A stretch of DNA of 63,905 nucleotides, counting the filler, from Aduncisulcus paluster (Eukaryota), in NCBI GenBank assembly GCA_024181965.1. It is 15 parts of 15 records of this genome, joined end to end, with 100 filler letters (N's around TTAATTAATTAA, not from the genome) between each part and the next. Parts side by side here need not be neighbours in the genome. Positions count along the whole stretch, not along the records: positions 1 to 2,377 come from BQXS01011596.1; positions 2,478 to 8,305 come from BQXS01011597.1; positions 8,406 to 10,789 come from BQXS01011598.1; positions 10,890 to 17,328 come from BQXS01011599.1; 11 more parts are not named here. One strand, written 5' to 3'. Positions 1-13,800 of this stretch are shown piece after piece (positions within the stretch are counted from its first letter, which is position 1; the number at the start of each line of letters is the position of its first letter). The position numbers and the translations under genes are program-made. Below the pieces are notes generated by a model. It ran no database searches. It was not told where the DNA came from and was given only the letters and a program-made list of their open reading frames with translations.

Positions 1-2377
1 TCGTCATTAATGAATCTGATGGAATTAGATCTCTCATATAACAATATCTCCGATATTTCTCCCTTGTATGCTATCACAAGCAACAACTGGAGTGGTCTTG
101 ATTTGTCCAATAATCATATTTGTGGTGATGCTGAATCTTTGCTATATGATATGATTATTTCTGATGTTATTATTGATGTTTCTAACCAAAGTTGTGTGTG
201 TTCCTCTGATGACCTCGGAACGACTCCACTTGCTTCCAACAAGGTCTGTAGTGAAACGAAGCCTGGGTCTAACACATGGTATGTTGTGTGTGCCAGTGAT
301 TCATACACGTCATACACATCTGCTGAGGATTTTTCATGTACTTCCCCAGATAATGGTGATGGGACATATGGATGTTCTGGCGGGTGTGAGTATGGATATG
401 AGTGCAGATATGATTCAGATTTATATTCAACTTCATGTCAGCAAGTGATCGTCGATGAGAACTTGCATGATTGTGTTGCTGATATGTTTGTGGATTCTGA
501 TGGAAATGATGATTATTCCCATCGAACAAACTCCACGCCATCACTTTTCAGTGTGCCCTCCTTGAAGACTCTTGTGACTGTTGAAGATGAAGATGGAAAT
601 ATCAGTCCAATACTTATTTGTTCCTCAAGTGATTGTTTTGTTAGCAATTTCTCTGGTATTGAACATGTTGGATTCATTACAAAAATGCAATTTTATCATC
701 TTGATATCTCTGAAACGAAAGATATTGAACCCTTTTCAGCCCTCTCTAATCTTACATATCTTCGTCTCTACGATGAAGATCTCTCTGATTCAGTTGATTC
801 ATTTGACTTACCAGATTTCACATCTCTCACTTCTCTCGATACATTAGATATACAATATATGCCCATAGCTCTTCCTTCAGAATATGTTCTTCCCTCCACA
901 ATCAAACAATTGAAAATTTATGGTACTCCAATTGATCAAGCTGGATTTGATAAGAATGTTGGTTACGATTACTTGTCATCCCTTGAATATTTACAATTTG
1001 GAGGTGAGAATAATTTGATTACTTCCATTGAATCGTTATCAGAGAATCAACTGTCCACTATCATCGGTTTTTACTTCGATGATTATCCCATTTATGATGG
1101 GTTTAATGATGTTATTTCTGAAATGACAAGTTTGATAAATGTTCGTTTGGCTAATTGCAATCTGCTGACTATTCCTGATCTTTCAAATAGTGCTACTACT
1201 TTGACGTACCTTTCCATTTACTCCAATCCCGATATTACTTCCTTGGTTTCCTTAGCTGAAATGGAATTGTATTCGCTCCAAACTATAATTCTTTTCAGTT
1301 GTTCTATCTCTGATATATCCCCATTATATGACTTTCCTAGTCTTTCAGGTATTTCAATTATCAATAATAAGATCTGTCTCGGAACAAATTCAACCTTAGA
1401 TTTAATTGCCAAATTCACACAATCTTCTGTTAGTATTATATTGGGAACACAATCCTGCGAATGTTCCTCTGATAGCACTGCAATTGGATACACCGATACC
1501 CCGATCACTGACAATGTTGTGTGCAGTGAGACTGTACCTGGATCTGGTTCATGGCATTATGTGTGTTCCAGCCATAGTATTGCATCATACACATCTGTGG
1601 ATACCTTCGAGTGTCTAGCTCCACTCAACACAGATGGTGAAACATATGGATGTTCTGGAGGTTGTGAGTATGGATATGAATGTAGATATGATGATGAATT
1701 AACTCTATCCACTTATTCATGCTATCCTGTCATAGTTGATGAGAACTTACATGCATATGTTGCTGATATGTTTGGCACAGATGCAAATGGAGATCCTGAT
1801 TACACTCATAGAACAGCCACCTCTCCTTCCCTTTTCAGTGTTGCTTCATTGAGAACCATTTCCTCCTCAACTCTGTCGAACGATGGTATTTCTCTTTCCA
1901 ACTCTGATAGGTTTTCCTTGCTCGATGGAATTGAACATATTCGCTCTCTTACATCCATTTCGTTGCCATATCACAACTTTGTGAGTGCTAATCCATTGGG
2001 TTCTCTACATGGTCTTGAGTCCCTTTCCCTTGCCCATAACATGTATGGTGCTCCTGAGGATGCTGGTGGGAATGTCATTGAAGGCTTTTCTGATCTGTCG
2101 TTCATCTGCTCCCTTCACTCACTCTCCACTCTGACCCTCTCTTCTGTCACTTCTGTGTCTGCTCTTCCCAACACTTCCGAGTGTGCTGATACGTACACAT
2201 CCTTGAGCTCTCTCAATCTCGCCGAAACATCCATTATTGATGTTAGTGCTCTTCTTGTTGCTGCCGACTCTACCAATGTTTCGTTGATGGAGCTGATAAT
2301 GAATGGTGCGTCGTTGTATGATGATGTTGCAGAAACGACTTCATTGTTTGATCCATCCATTCTTGAGAGTTTCTCTT
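1..2377 (+). CDS. Partial leucine-rich-repeat surface protein with two Cys-rich modules
   Basis: LRR motifs (LxxLdLsxNxIsDisPL). A Cys-rich module (CSETxPGS.W..VC...GCSGGCEYGYECRYD) occurs twice. The ORF runs into the contig end. Confidence 0.8.
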
Positions 2378-2477
2378 NNNNNNNNNNNNNNNNNNNNNNN
2401 NNNNNNNNNNNNNNNNNNNNNTTAATTAATTAANNNNNNNNNNNNNNNNNNNNNNNNNNNNNNNNNNNNNNNNNNNN
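2378..2477. other. Artificial contig linker N44-TTAATTAATTAA-N44 (first of 14)
   Basis: Identical 100-nt six-frame-stop spacers also occur at 8306, 10790, 17329, 20141, 23217, 25613, 28501, 46508, 49024, 51864, 56157, 58926 and 61523. Gene adjacency across them is meaningless. Confidence 0.98.
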
Positions 2478-3130
2478 ATGAGTAACATCGATTGATGAGG
2501 AGGGTGGGGCAGGAATAGTTTTGAAAGATGATAAATTGTCAACATTTGGGGGGTTTTGTGTTGATATTTGAATTGGATTTGCCGGTTTAGAGGATTGTTG
2601 GGGATGACCAGAATCCACATCATCAATTTCCCAAATTTCAGTCGTTTTCTTTGTGTGCCGATCTGACTCAGATTCAGACAGTTCAATAAGTTCGTCAAGA
2701 TCTTTGGTTGATGGTGGTTTCCCCTTTGGGGCTTCTTTTTCAACAACAGGTAACTTAGGTGGATTTAGACTGGAAGAAATTTTATCACTGGCATTTTGCA
2801 CCGATACACATTCAGCAGGTGTGTCGTATCGTATTGATTTGACAACAAATGAAATTATTGGAATTGTATCATTGTTGTAACATCTGAAAACCACAAGCTG
2901 AAAATACATGGAAAAAACGTAAAATAAAAAATAATTTAACGATAAAACAGATTTGTATTTGCAATTTGACATACCATAGGTCCTAAAACAGCTCCAAAGT
3001 AATATCTAAACTTAAAATCTCTATCATTGAACTTTACACCATATACTTGGTAAGAGGCGGAGTCCACTTTAATATAAAGTGGATTTCGTGGATGTCTAAT
3101 GTAATGTGGTGCCACTGATAGTGGTTGCAT
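2478..3130 (-). CDS. Spliced hypothetical protein (possible PH-like N-terminus), 3' partial
   Basis: Exon 3130-2975 and exon 2897-2478 are joined in frame by a phase-0 intron at 2974-2898 (GTATGT...TTTTCAG, 77 nt), giving ...AVLGPM/LVVFRCY... Confidence 0.65.
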
Positions 3131-3336
3131 GCCCTCAAAATGATGATTGCATGATTAAACTGAATGGACAATGTTATAACGTAATTCCAATGTTCTTGTT
3201 TGGCATTTTTTGTGTTTTTAATCAATATTATCCGTTTATATTCTGATTTAATCCCTAATTGTCACTTATAACTCAAGTTGCATTTGAATTGTCATTTTAT
3301 ATCATGTTTGTAATACATCACTTTTTTATTTTGGGC

Positions 3337-6300
3337 ATGTTATGCCCATTTTGTCATAAAGAATGTGGATATCTTGGTGAAATAGATAGTTTATACATAT
3401 TAAAGCATATCATGTCCGGTGAGTGTTCACCGCAGCATCCACAGAGAAGTATGTTTTCTCATATTTTATTTTATGAATTCGTGATGTGATAATATTTTTT
3501 TTAATATTTTTTTACTTTTTTATCTTTGTTCAGTTCGTCAAATTGTTCTCACTGATTCCTTGTGCTCAAATATTATTGTTATTATAAAACATTTACAGTT
3601 ATTTCCAAATTTAGAAAAGATTTATATAAATACTAAACCAAAATATGAGAAATCTTCATATTTTCAACTCCGAAGGCCGGATTCATTCGATGATGTAATT
3701 TCATTCCCCCTTCAATATCGGTCCGGGCTTTCGTTTAACAAATGGTATAAAACTGAAGAGAGGCGTAGAAGGACGGCACAGCATTCAAAGAAAGATATTG
3801 ATGAAGTATCTGTGATAACTCAACTTTTTGCGAAAGTGGGAGAGTTTTTCCAGCATTTTACAGGGCCAAGTTCCATTGAACAGTCTATTCGTTCAGAATC
3901 TGGTAAGATTAATGTTCTTGCAGTTATTCACCGCCAAACTATTAAACAGAAAGATCTTGCCTGGCGTTTTGGTGCTATTCCTTTCGAAGAAATGCATCCT
4001 GATGGGAAGATTGTATTTTATCGAGAGAAATCGTCGATAGAGCAACTTAAACAGATTATAAGTCAGCGAGGGGACAAAAGAAAATCTCGTTTAGCGAGCG
4101 AGCTGTCGTTACGTCTCGGTTCTTCTTCTTCTCCTTCCAAGCCCTCTAAGGATAAGCTTTCGATTCCCATCAGTTTATTTAGTATGGAAATGAAGGAGTT
4201 GTTACATAACAATATGTTTGTCAACACTCCCCTGCACTCCTCCAATGCAGCCAGATTGTTCCCTATAAATCCGCCTTTATCCATAACATCAACTATCAGT
4301 ATTAATTCACATGTGTCTGACATTGTTCATGATGATCTTCCGACATCCTTGGGTCCATCCATGTTTCCTCCGATAGATGTGCATGTGATAGATGGTGAGA
4401 AAGATGAAGATGAAGCACTGCCCCAACTGACATCACATTCGAGTTCGTCTGACGATAGAAGAGATGATGGCATGTCCTCTGAGTCGAGCAGAGTGGACGA
4501 TACGGGTGGAATAATTCTCAAACCTTCCACATCAAAGACAGGGGATAAAAATACCCTGAGTAAGGACATGAAGGAACGATTTCTTCCTGAACTGAACGTT
4601 GGTGGGCACTCATCTCATCCTTCCTCGAGGGGTGGGCACAAGAGAGGAGGATCTCTGGCAGCAGTATCATCTCTCAGCCATTCGATTGTAGGTGAGTTTG
4701 TGGATCTTGGAAGTGATATCTTTAGTACAGATCTCGGGAGTGAGCATGAGAAGAGCGAATCTGACACCTTCTATCGTGCTTCGAGGGATACGATGCCCTG
4801 GTCAAGAGATGATCGTCGACATGCAGGAGAACAATACTTTGATGGGAGTGGAGATACCGGGGCAGATAAAACAAAGGGGAAAGGTGGGGACATTGTTCAT
4901 TGGTTTAAAAATGTCATGGAAAATATCGGATCTTGGTTAGGTGTTAAACAGACCGAAGGACAAGATCTGGAAGAAGGTGATCAAAGTGCTGCTCTGATGA
5001 GGGACATTGGTGTCAAGAGTAAGAAAGGAGGAGAGGATAAGGATCGGATTGGGGCATTCATGGACGATGAGGTTACTGGTGGTGGGACAGCTTCTTTCCC
5101 TATCACTTCTGTAGCTCTCAAACAAGACCAGGAGCATCAAAGGGAAGGGTCTGGGGATGAAACGGAGAAAAAATCTTTGGAAGAAACTGCTCGAGGAGTA
5201 TTGAATTCTATCTTTTCCTTTATTGGTGCTCCCACAATACCTGCACCAATATCTCCACCAGATTCCTCACCGATGCCGATATCGCATGCCATGTATTCCC
5301 AGTGCGTTGTGTCATCATGTCGTCGTCGTTGTAGCAGTATACACGGTGTTCCTCACTTGATTTCTATTCTCACTCACTCATTGCCATCTTTGTTGTACAT
5401 TGATGATGTGTGTGTGAGGGATCGTGCTGGAAATGGTGAGAGTTCAGGTCATGCGATAAATGTTCTCTCTTCCAACGAGAGCAGTGTTCCTAGCTCTTCT
5501 GACGATCATGAAGAGATTGATGGAGATGAGGATAGCACTGATCATGCTCTAAATTTATCCATTGTGACACCGATTCGGTCTGAGCATCCACATTCCCGAG
5601 TGTCCAATCATTGTGGTGTGTCTTCAGCTTATATTTCAATGAGTGGATACAATGTATCTCTTGTTGCCAACACTCACGTTGGTAATATTGGGAACTCAAT
5701 CGTTTCACTCTCTCTGGCTCCTTATTGGGCCCCTTCAGTCGATCTCTGTTCTGGGTTGAAATATATGGGTTCTGAACTGTTCGGGGCATCTGAAAGAACC
5801 TTTGAAAGTGCGCACGGTGTATTGTTACACTCTGTGCACTCATATTACTGCATGGAAGAGAGGAAGCAGAGAAGAGAGCAGAGGAGAAGGGAGAAAGAAC
5901 AGAGACGGACAAAGTTAAGGGAAATGCGAGATGCTGGACATCTTATTTCTGAGCATGCTCTAAATTTATCCATTGTGACACCGATTCGGTCTGAGCATCC
6001 ACATTCCCGAGTGTCCAATCATTGTGGTGTGTCTTCAGCTTATATTTCAATGAGTGGATACAATGTATCTCTTGTTGCCAACACTCACGTTGGTAATATT
6101 GGGAACTCAATCGTTTCACTCTCTCTGGCTCCTTATTGGGCCCCTTCAGTCGATCTCTGTTCTGGGTTGAAATATATGGGTTCTGAACTGTTCGGGGCAT
6201 CTGAAAGAACCTTTGAAAGTGCGCACGGTGTATTGTTACACTCTGTGCACTCATATTACTGCATGGAAGAGAGGAAGCAGAGAAGAGAGCAGAGGAGAAG

Positions 6301-8305
6301 GGAGAAAGAACAGAGACGGACAAAGTTAAGGGAAATGCGAGATGCTGGACATCTTATTTCTGAGCATGCTCTCATGAAACTGGAAGAGCGGAGTGAGCTT
6401 AAATTCGATTCAATTCCAAACAGGTCTGTGTTGCATGAGCCAAACGTTTATTATCTGTTTCATCTTTATCGGAAACGCAGGGAGTTTCATTACTTATCAT
6501 TCAGTCGGATTCCACTATTGTTTCCCAATAGTATTGACATGTCCAATGAAAGAAGTGAGTCACATCTTTCTGACGCTCGATCACTTGATTCCGAACATTC
6601 ATATCCCATGATTGGAATTGAATCTGAGACATCTTCACAGACTTCAACGACATCCAAGGATGACGATGGGAAGGATTTTAGAGACTCATATGGACATTCC
6701 CATCATAGACGACATGTCAAATACTCTTCTCGTGGCTCAGCAGCTCTTTCAGCTTCTTCCTCTTTTTCTTCCCTTGATGGAACTTCAAGCTCAGGAACAC
6801 TAGGATCTGCAGGGATTACTGGACAAAGGAAAGAGGTGGTTGTAGATAGACAGAAAGATTCTCATTCTTCTCATTTTGGTTCTATTTATGGAGGGGGTGG
6901 AATCAAGCTCTCGATTGCTCCTATGACTAGGTCAGAGCGTCTCCGATGCATTCAGATGAAAACTCGAGCTCAGCGTCTTTCTATTTTAGGAATGAGAAAG
7001 AATTTGAAAAATTCTAATGCTACTTTTAATACTAACCCTCTTGCGGCTGGAAATGGCAAGAGTAATTATAACCGTTTGTCCTTACGAGGTGGAAATCGTT
7101 GCTTCTGGCATATCCAGAATCCTTTGACATTTGCAGGCGGTTCTTTTAAAAATTGGATGCCTAGTAACCAGATTGATACCTGTGCAATATGGCAGATAAA
7201 GAGATCTCGGAAGCAACGAAGAGCTCTTTCGCCGCGAGAGGCTGAGGCATCCTTGAAAAAGAATTCTACATCTGGATTGGGTCGTTCAGGGCGGAGATCT
7301 TCATCTATCGACCGTCATAATGAAAGGGAAGAGTTTTCTGATGACATTCTCAGGAATGAATCATTGTCGTCATATTCAACAGGGGATGAATTTGGAGAGC
7401 ATGTAGTGAAGAAAGATACCATGGGCACTGAGGTTCTCCAGAGATTGATGGGAAATAGTATTGTTCGAGGCGATATCAAAGGAATGTTGCAATATTTGAC
7501 AAAAACTATAATGAAAAAGATCCCAATTTCTACATCCCATTCATTTGATTCCTTACGTATGTTCAATGAATTGACAAGTAATCCTAACCATAAACAGTCA
7601 TTTTTGTTGAAGTTTCTGCAGTCTCCTCCCAAACCGCAGCCCAAAACTACACATTTGACCACTCTCCCGGCTCTTTCTTTACCTTTTTCCTTCGGTTTCC
7701 CCACACACATTCTTTCTATTGCTCCGTCTCTGACCATTTGTACAACTCTCTCCTCACTCTGTCTGTGTATTCCCTCGTCAGATTATATTCGGAGTAGACT
7801 CATTCAGTGGAAATTGAAGTGTGATGTGCAATGGAAGAAATACATTGCTGAAGGGAAAGAAGAGCGCAAGAAGCCGAAGAAGGAGATTCAAGCAATTCGA
7901 GATGATGATGCTCTTGAGTCTGAGGCTTGTCTTCATCTTCCTCAGGATGTTTCAGAACCTGATTTCACTGAATCTTCTCTCTCTGATTCAAATAACCAAG
8001 AAGGTAGTTCCAGCGACAATCAGCAAATTATACAAACTTTATATACTCCTTCTCAGATTCATGGGAAATATATATTCTCACAAATACCTTTCTGTTCTAT
8101 AAATGGAACGGATGAGAAAGTTACTAAATCTTACTTTATCCCTGATGTATGTGCTTTAAAACGAGTTAATCCAACAGGAATTGCATATCATAAACCCTCA
8201 AATAATGTGTTAATATCTTCCACACGGGGTCGAACCTATGTCCATCCTCTATCAAATCTCTTGAATTCTCCAACATCTCGATATGGAAATGAAACTGGAA
8301 GAGCG
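3337..8305 (+). CDS. Large Ser-rich hypothetical protein, spliced, 3' partial
   Basis: ATG at 3337 (MLCPFCHKEC...). Intron 3449-3533 (GTATGT...TTCAG, 85 nt) joins it in frame to the 1597-aa ORF. Contains a 411-bp internal duplication. Confidence 0.7.
5543..6372 (+). repeat. Perfect in-frame tandem duplication, 411-bp unit
   Basis: 5543-5953 is identical to 5954-6364. An 8-nt CATGCTCT microhomology sits at the junctions. Confidence 0.95.
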
Positions 8306-8933
8306 NNNNNNNNNNNNNNNNNNNNNNNNNNNNNNNNNNNNNNNNNNNNTTAATTAATTAANNNNNNNNNNNNNNNNNNNNNNNNNNNNNNNNNNNNNNN
8401 NNNNNCTCAACTCATCGCAAAGTCGCCATTTGGAGCGCCCACTGCCATATCCCTTGTGATTGAATGGGATAAAAATACACTTTCTATCCGCTGCAAGATC
8501 ATTCTATTCCTTGTACTGCACAGAGATTTGCAAGAAGGCTTCTTAATTGAATGAATGGATGTTTCGTGTCAAACGCCTTGAGCTTCTTTTCTAAAGACCA
8601 TCCCTCGGAGCACAGGTCTATTTCCAATGTGAGATCTTCCCTTTTTTTATTATTATTTTTTTTGGTGTCGTGGAATTCACAGATACCGTTTCTAATCATC
8701 TAATCGATTAATCGACCAACAAATGAAGCTTTGAAAGATGTCTTGTTGAGTTGGCCCACATCCAATTCATGATTAATATCAAAAGTGATTGGAGGATGAT
8801 TCCATTAATCCAGGAATCTCCAGCTCTCCATGACAAAGTACTGGTAATGAACCTATGACTTCGTATCATCAGAATAACCTGTGATCACTGATCATTCATA
8901 TTTTCAATTAAATTCCTATTAAATTTTCACAAT

Positions 8934-9236
8934 TTATTCTTCTTTTAAGTCATCAACAAGTCCTTGCAAACTGTTCTTCTTCACCTTGATGACAGGTCCA
9001 AATCCACGAATGTTTTCATAGTAAGTAAAAACATCTTCGCGAGTGAGCCATTTAAGATCGAGGTAAACACGACAGATATCACTCATATACATCTCTTTAA
9101 TTTCTCCAAACATGGTTTCGGCAACGTTCCACATAATTTCATACCATGCGAATAACCCCAAAAGAATCGACCCATGCACACACAAACGATAACCATTGAG
9201 ATCCATTGATCCATTGAGGAAATTATTTCCCATCAC
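8934..9236 (-). CDS. Possible small hypothetical protein
   Basis: 100-aa ORF overlapping the MutS stop codon. No recognisable motif. Confidence 0.25.
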   Translation of the reverse strand: MMGNNFLNGSMDLNGYRLCVHGSILLGLFAWYEIMWNVAETMFGEIKEMYMSDICRVYLDLKWLTREDVFTYYENIRGFGPVIKVKKNSLQGLVDDLKEE

Positions 9237-10789
9237 ATATCACTGTCGTTTAAAATAATCAATGGGTCGAAGGCACGGTGGCTTCCCATTCCACACCTAG
9301 AAATTATGTCACTTTCATTTTGGTCCATATTAGAGTCTTTTGCTTGAGAAACAAGTTCGAGTGGATTTTCCTCAAGAAATAACTGTGTTATGCCGGGTTG
9401 GGAATCCAAAGAAGGCTGCATTCCAATGGATTTAGATTGGATTGTGCCACTACTCTTCTGGACAGCACTGCTTGCCGAGGAAATAGCTTGTTCAGAACTC
9501 CTTGGTGATAATAGGGATAGGGAAGAAGTCGTGTATTTGCGATTGTTTTCGGATAATCCAAGAGTGGGGTGCATATCATCTGACTCCTGTCCTCGCTTCA
9601 ACAGTAAGAGAGAAGGGATAGTCGTATCATCATTAACACTGAGGTGAGATGATAATTCCTCTTCCTCTTCCTCTTCCTCTTCCTCTTCTTCCTTTTCTTC
9701 TTCTTGTTGTATTTCAATACTTGTCTCCTTTCCTGCTGAATTATTCGCTCTTGTTTGATGATCTTTTGTGTCTTCTTCGTATTTAGCACCATGGGAAAAG
9801 GCTTGGACGAGTCTTGATCCCTGTCGTTGTAAGTCACGGACACTCTCAATAATGTCAGAAAGAGGAAGAGACGAATGAGCTAAAGCTAATAATTTTTTTT
9901 CAATGATGACAAGAGACGAGGAGCAAGAACTCTTTGTTTCCCTTGACCTCAACAGAATTCGTTCTCTCATCCTTCTACTGTCAGATATACAGATTGATGG
10001 CCAACCATATTGTTCCGCAACATCGATGCCATAGCTTGATGGTGGTAAGGGGGATCGATGGAGAACATGCAGAGTGGAAGATGAAGAGGATGTGAGAGAA
10101 GAGGAACAACGGTGTGAAGATGCACCACCTGATAAATGGAAGGCTCCAACACGTGAATTGGACTGACAAATCCTTGCCACCGAATGTAAGTGTGTTGCTA
10201 GCATCATATACACGCATACGTGGCCCTCTATATTCATAGCCAAAACTCTCTCAATAAAACTCTGAACAATGGCATTGGCTTCTCGTTCGGAAGTACCTCT
10301 TCCTAACTCATCCAGGACAACAAAAACAGACTGAACATGGACGTGATCCTTGGATAATCCCTTTGTTGCTTCATCCTCTTCCTCATCCTCGTCCTCGGGG
10401 TGCTCTTCTATAGTCTCAAAATGAACAAGAGACTCTGACTTTTCGTGAGGTTCCGATAGTATCTCCTCTTCTTCCTCTTCCTCGTCTTTTTCTTTTGATT
10501 TATCAACAATATGAGCATTGTCGGATGAAGTTTTCTTCTCTCTAGTTTCCTTCTCTCTAGTTGAGCACTTCGATGAAGAATGCTCTGCCATCACCATTGA
10601 TTTCACCCACTCAAGATGCTCCCCCTCCCTTCTCTCCATCTCTTCCTCTACAACTTTAATCCCTAGCATTTCCTTGAAGAATGTACTCGCACCTCCTTCC
10701 AAATAATTCTCCACACCAACCCGGCACACACAGGATGCGAACAAAGGCAGGGAACAGAACTGAGCTGGGACATGACATCCAATGTGAGC
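9233..10789 (-). CDS. MutS-family ATPase C-terminal part (MSH4-like), 5' partial
   Basis: AHIGCHVPA, STFFKEM, Walker B VVLDELGRGTS, LATH and SYGIDVA motifs, with acidic insertions. Confidence 0.8.
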   Translation of the reverse strand, partial: AHIGCHVPAQFCSLPLFASCVCRVGVENYLEGGASTFFKEMLGIKVVEEEMERREGEHLEWVKSMVMAEHSSSKCSTREKETREKKTSSDNAHIVDKSKEKDEEEEEEEILSEPHEKSESLVHFETIEEHPEDEDEEEDEATKGLSKDHVHVQSVFVVLDELGRGTSEREANAIVQSFIERVLAMNIEGHVCVYMMLATHLHSVARICQSNSRVGAFHLSGGASSHRCSSSLTSSSSSTLHVLHRSPLPPSSYGIDVAEQYGWPSICISDSRRMRERILLRSRETKSSCSSSLVIIEKKLLALAHSSLPLSDIIESVRDLQRQGSRLVQAFSHGAKYEEDTKDHQTRANNSAGKETSIEIQQEEEKEEEEEEEEEEEELSSHLSVNDDTTIPSLLLLKRGQESDDMHPTLGLSENNRKYTTSSLSLLSPRSSEQAISSASSAVQKSSGTIQSKSIGMQPSLDSQPGITQLFLEENPLELVSQAKDSNMDQNESDIISRCGMGSHRAFDPLIILNDSDM

Positions 10790-10889
10790 NNNNNNNNNNN
10801 NNNNNNNNNNNNNNNNNNNNNNNNNNNNNNNNNTTAATTAATTAANNNNNNNNNNNNNNNNNNNNNNNNNNNNNNNNNNNNNNNNNNNN

Positions 10890-13800
10890 GGAGAGAAAGA
10901 AGAGTATTTTATTTCTTTGTAAATTGCTTAATTTAGATGATGGGTACAGTACAGTACATGGGCTGAAGGATGCATCAAACTATTCTGATGATTTACACTC
11001 TCACGATAGTCGTTCTGATGGTGTTATTATCTCTTCTAGTTGTTCACTTCCTCATCACTCCACACCAGTTGATATTGACTTAACAAGCACGAACGATGAA
11101 CACGAAAGCATCTCGGATCAACATTTGGACATTGAAGGTTCTATTTCAGACTCTTCTCCCATCCAACAGCAGAGTATTCAAGGAGATATGATTCCCTTGG
11201 AAAAGCAAGGTGTGATTGTTGCGAATGTGGGTGAAACTGATACGAATGAGGGGAAGAAACCAGAAGAAAGAGAAACCAGAGGAAGAGAAGAAGGAAGAGA
11301 AGAAGGAGAGAGAGAATCAGTCAGTGATGATATTGACTATGAATTTGAAGAAGATCGAGATCAAGATGATATGATCATTTCACCTGGTAATTTTCTCTGT
11401 GAATCTTCCTCATTTTCTCTCAACTTATTGATCCAAGGTCTTATTGAGGGTATTATGAGTGTTTGTTCCACTTTTGAAAATGTTCATGAGCAATATTTGG
11501 ATCCCTCACATTCACCTATGCCACACCACAGCTCATCTTTTGAAGGCAGGGAAGAAGGAAGAATAGAAGAGGGAGAAGAAGAAGAAGAAGAGGGAGAAAG
11601 ATATGATAGATATATGGATTATTATGACCATACACACCAAAGGCATTGTCGTGATGTCAACCGAATTGAAAGTATTATTTCTCATGTTATTTCGGTCGTT
11701 CGCATCATATCTACATTGAGATTACAAGTCATTTCAGAGATGGACAGTGCTTCTTCAAGTGCTGAATTAGAGAGGGAGAGAGATCTTGATTATGGAGAGA
11801 GCAGAATGATGGAACAACGTCATAGAAATGAGTCTGAACAACAACAACAGTATTCGCAGATGATGTCTGATCAGAGCGGATATATCAGTGGGTCTGTGAG
11901 TGGGTCTGTGAGTGGGTCTGTGAGTGGATTGTGTTCGTCGGCTCCTTCCTCGTCATGCTTGGAATCAGAAATATTTGAAACTGTTCTCGTGATCTGTGAA
12001 TCTCTTTTATTATTCTGTATTATTCATGAACAAACACACTCATCAGAAATTATTTGTTCTTTTTTGGCACTCTTGGCTTCTACAACCCCGATAATTCAAC
12101 AGAAATCGCTTGAAATGGGGGTAAAAGCCTGTCGACCGTGTGTATTTAGGAATCCAGAGACAGAGCTGATTACCACTACTGGAAATACCACCAGTAACAA
12201 TTCGTATTATGATTATTTTTATTCGATTTTTGAACGGATTCCATGTTCTTTTTTACCTGACATATTTTATAATACTCTTGTTCTGCATACTATGATTCCT
12301 TTCTATATTCATTCAGCTCTAACAAAGCGAATGAAACAGAAAATTATCGCTCGAGAGACTTTTCGAACTGTTAAACAAGGATTCAAGATTATATTACTTC
12401 ATTCGTGGCCACTAATTTATAAATATAACACTGCTAATTCTATTTTTAGCGATACTGTTTCCTCAAATAATAGTAATAGTAATAATATTATTAATGATAC
12501 AACTTTCTCATCCTTGAGCTTAAAATATCAAAATATTTTACTTGCAACAAATCCACCAAGCTGTGTGATATTTGAGGAAAAAAATGATGGAGATGAGCAA
12601 GAAGAAGAAGAAGAAAGAGAAGAATCAAGGGAAAGATGTTATCAAAGAGATATGGTCACTGCAACTAGTGTTTTCTGTCCACAATCGTTGTTTTTTGAAT
12701 CTTTACTTCTTTCTCTTGAAAATATTTCTTTCGTTCGAAGTTTAATGTCACTGACAAAAACTAACTTACTCGATAAGAAATTTTCTCAGTTCATTTCGAA
12801 CGATGGTGTAAAATTGATGTGTTGTACACTTCAAAATCAACACCTAACAACGGAAACCTTAACTAAAATGAAGAAAATAATTAAAGACAGGGGTACATCG
12901 GGATACATTCATGATATTTTAAAACATAGTTTTCCAAAGGTTCTCCCATCTTCCAAGAGTATTTTAAAGGGATGTGAACTTCTTGGAAGTATGGCTGAAC
13001 ACAACGATGTCAACAAAAACAATTCCAAAACAGCAGAATATGATGCTTCTCTTGCACTTTTCCAGTCTAATATTTCTCTATTCGCTCCATTCTCACCTTT
13101 TACTCCCCTTCNNNNNNNNNNNNNNNNNNNNCGATGGTGTAAAATTGATGTGTTGTACACTTCAAAATCAACACCTAACAACGGAAACCTTAACTAAAAT
13201 GAAGAAAATAATTAAAGACAGGGGTACATCGGGATACATTCATGATATTTTAAAACATAGTTTTCCAAAGGTTCTCCCATCTTCCAAGAGTATTTTAAAG
13301 GGATGTGAACTTCTTGGAAGTATGGCTGAACACAACGATGTCAACAAAAACAATTCCAAAAAAGCAGAATATGATGCTTCTCTTGCACTTTTCCAGTCTA
13401 ATATTTCTCTATTCGCTCCATTCTCACCTTTTACTCCCCTTCTTCTCAAAATTCTATATTTAGCATCATTTTCATATCCTCGACGAAATAATGATTTTTT
13501 GTTGAATCATTTATTTATTTTTGCATCCATTTCAGCACGTATATGTCTTGGAGGTATCAATATGTTGTGTTCCAATGATCCAAAAGAATTGATTTCAAGG
13601 TTGTTTGGAGAAATAATAATATGTCAATATGACCTTGAAAAGGAAATTGATTTTGAAAAGGAAATTGACTTTGAAATTACTGAAGGAAAAGATAAGAAAA
13701 GAGGGAAGAACAGGGACCAACAAGGACATGAACAAAAATCATGTACTTTCTCAACTGCTCCAATTTTATCAACGTGTTTCATTGCTTCGTGTCTCAATGG

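Noticed and set aside
8406..8900. Minus-strand coding-like frame with in-frame TAG/TAA, suggesting TAR=Gln recoding
   Set aside because: Intact genes here end in TAA, TAG or TGA and long ORFs lack internal stops. It is more likely a decayed pseudogene, and no homology was recognisable.
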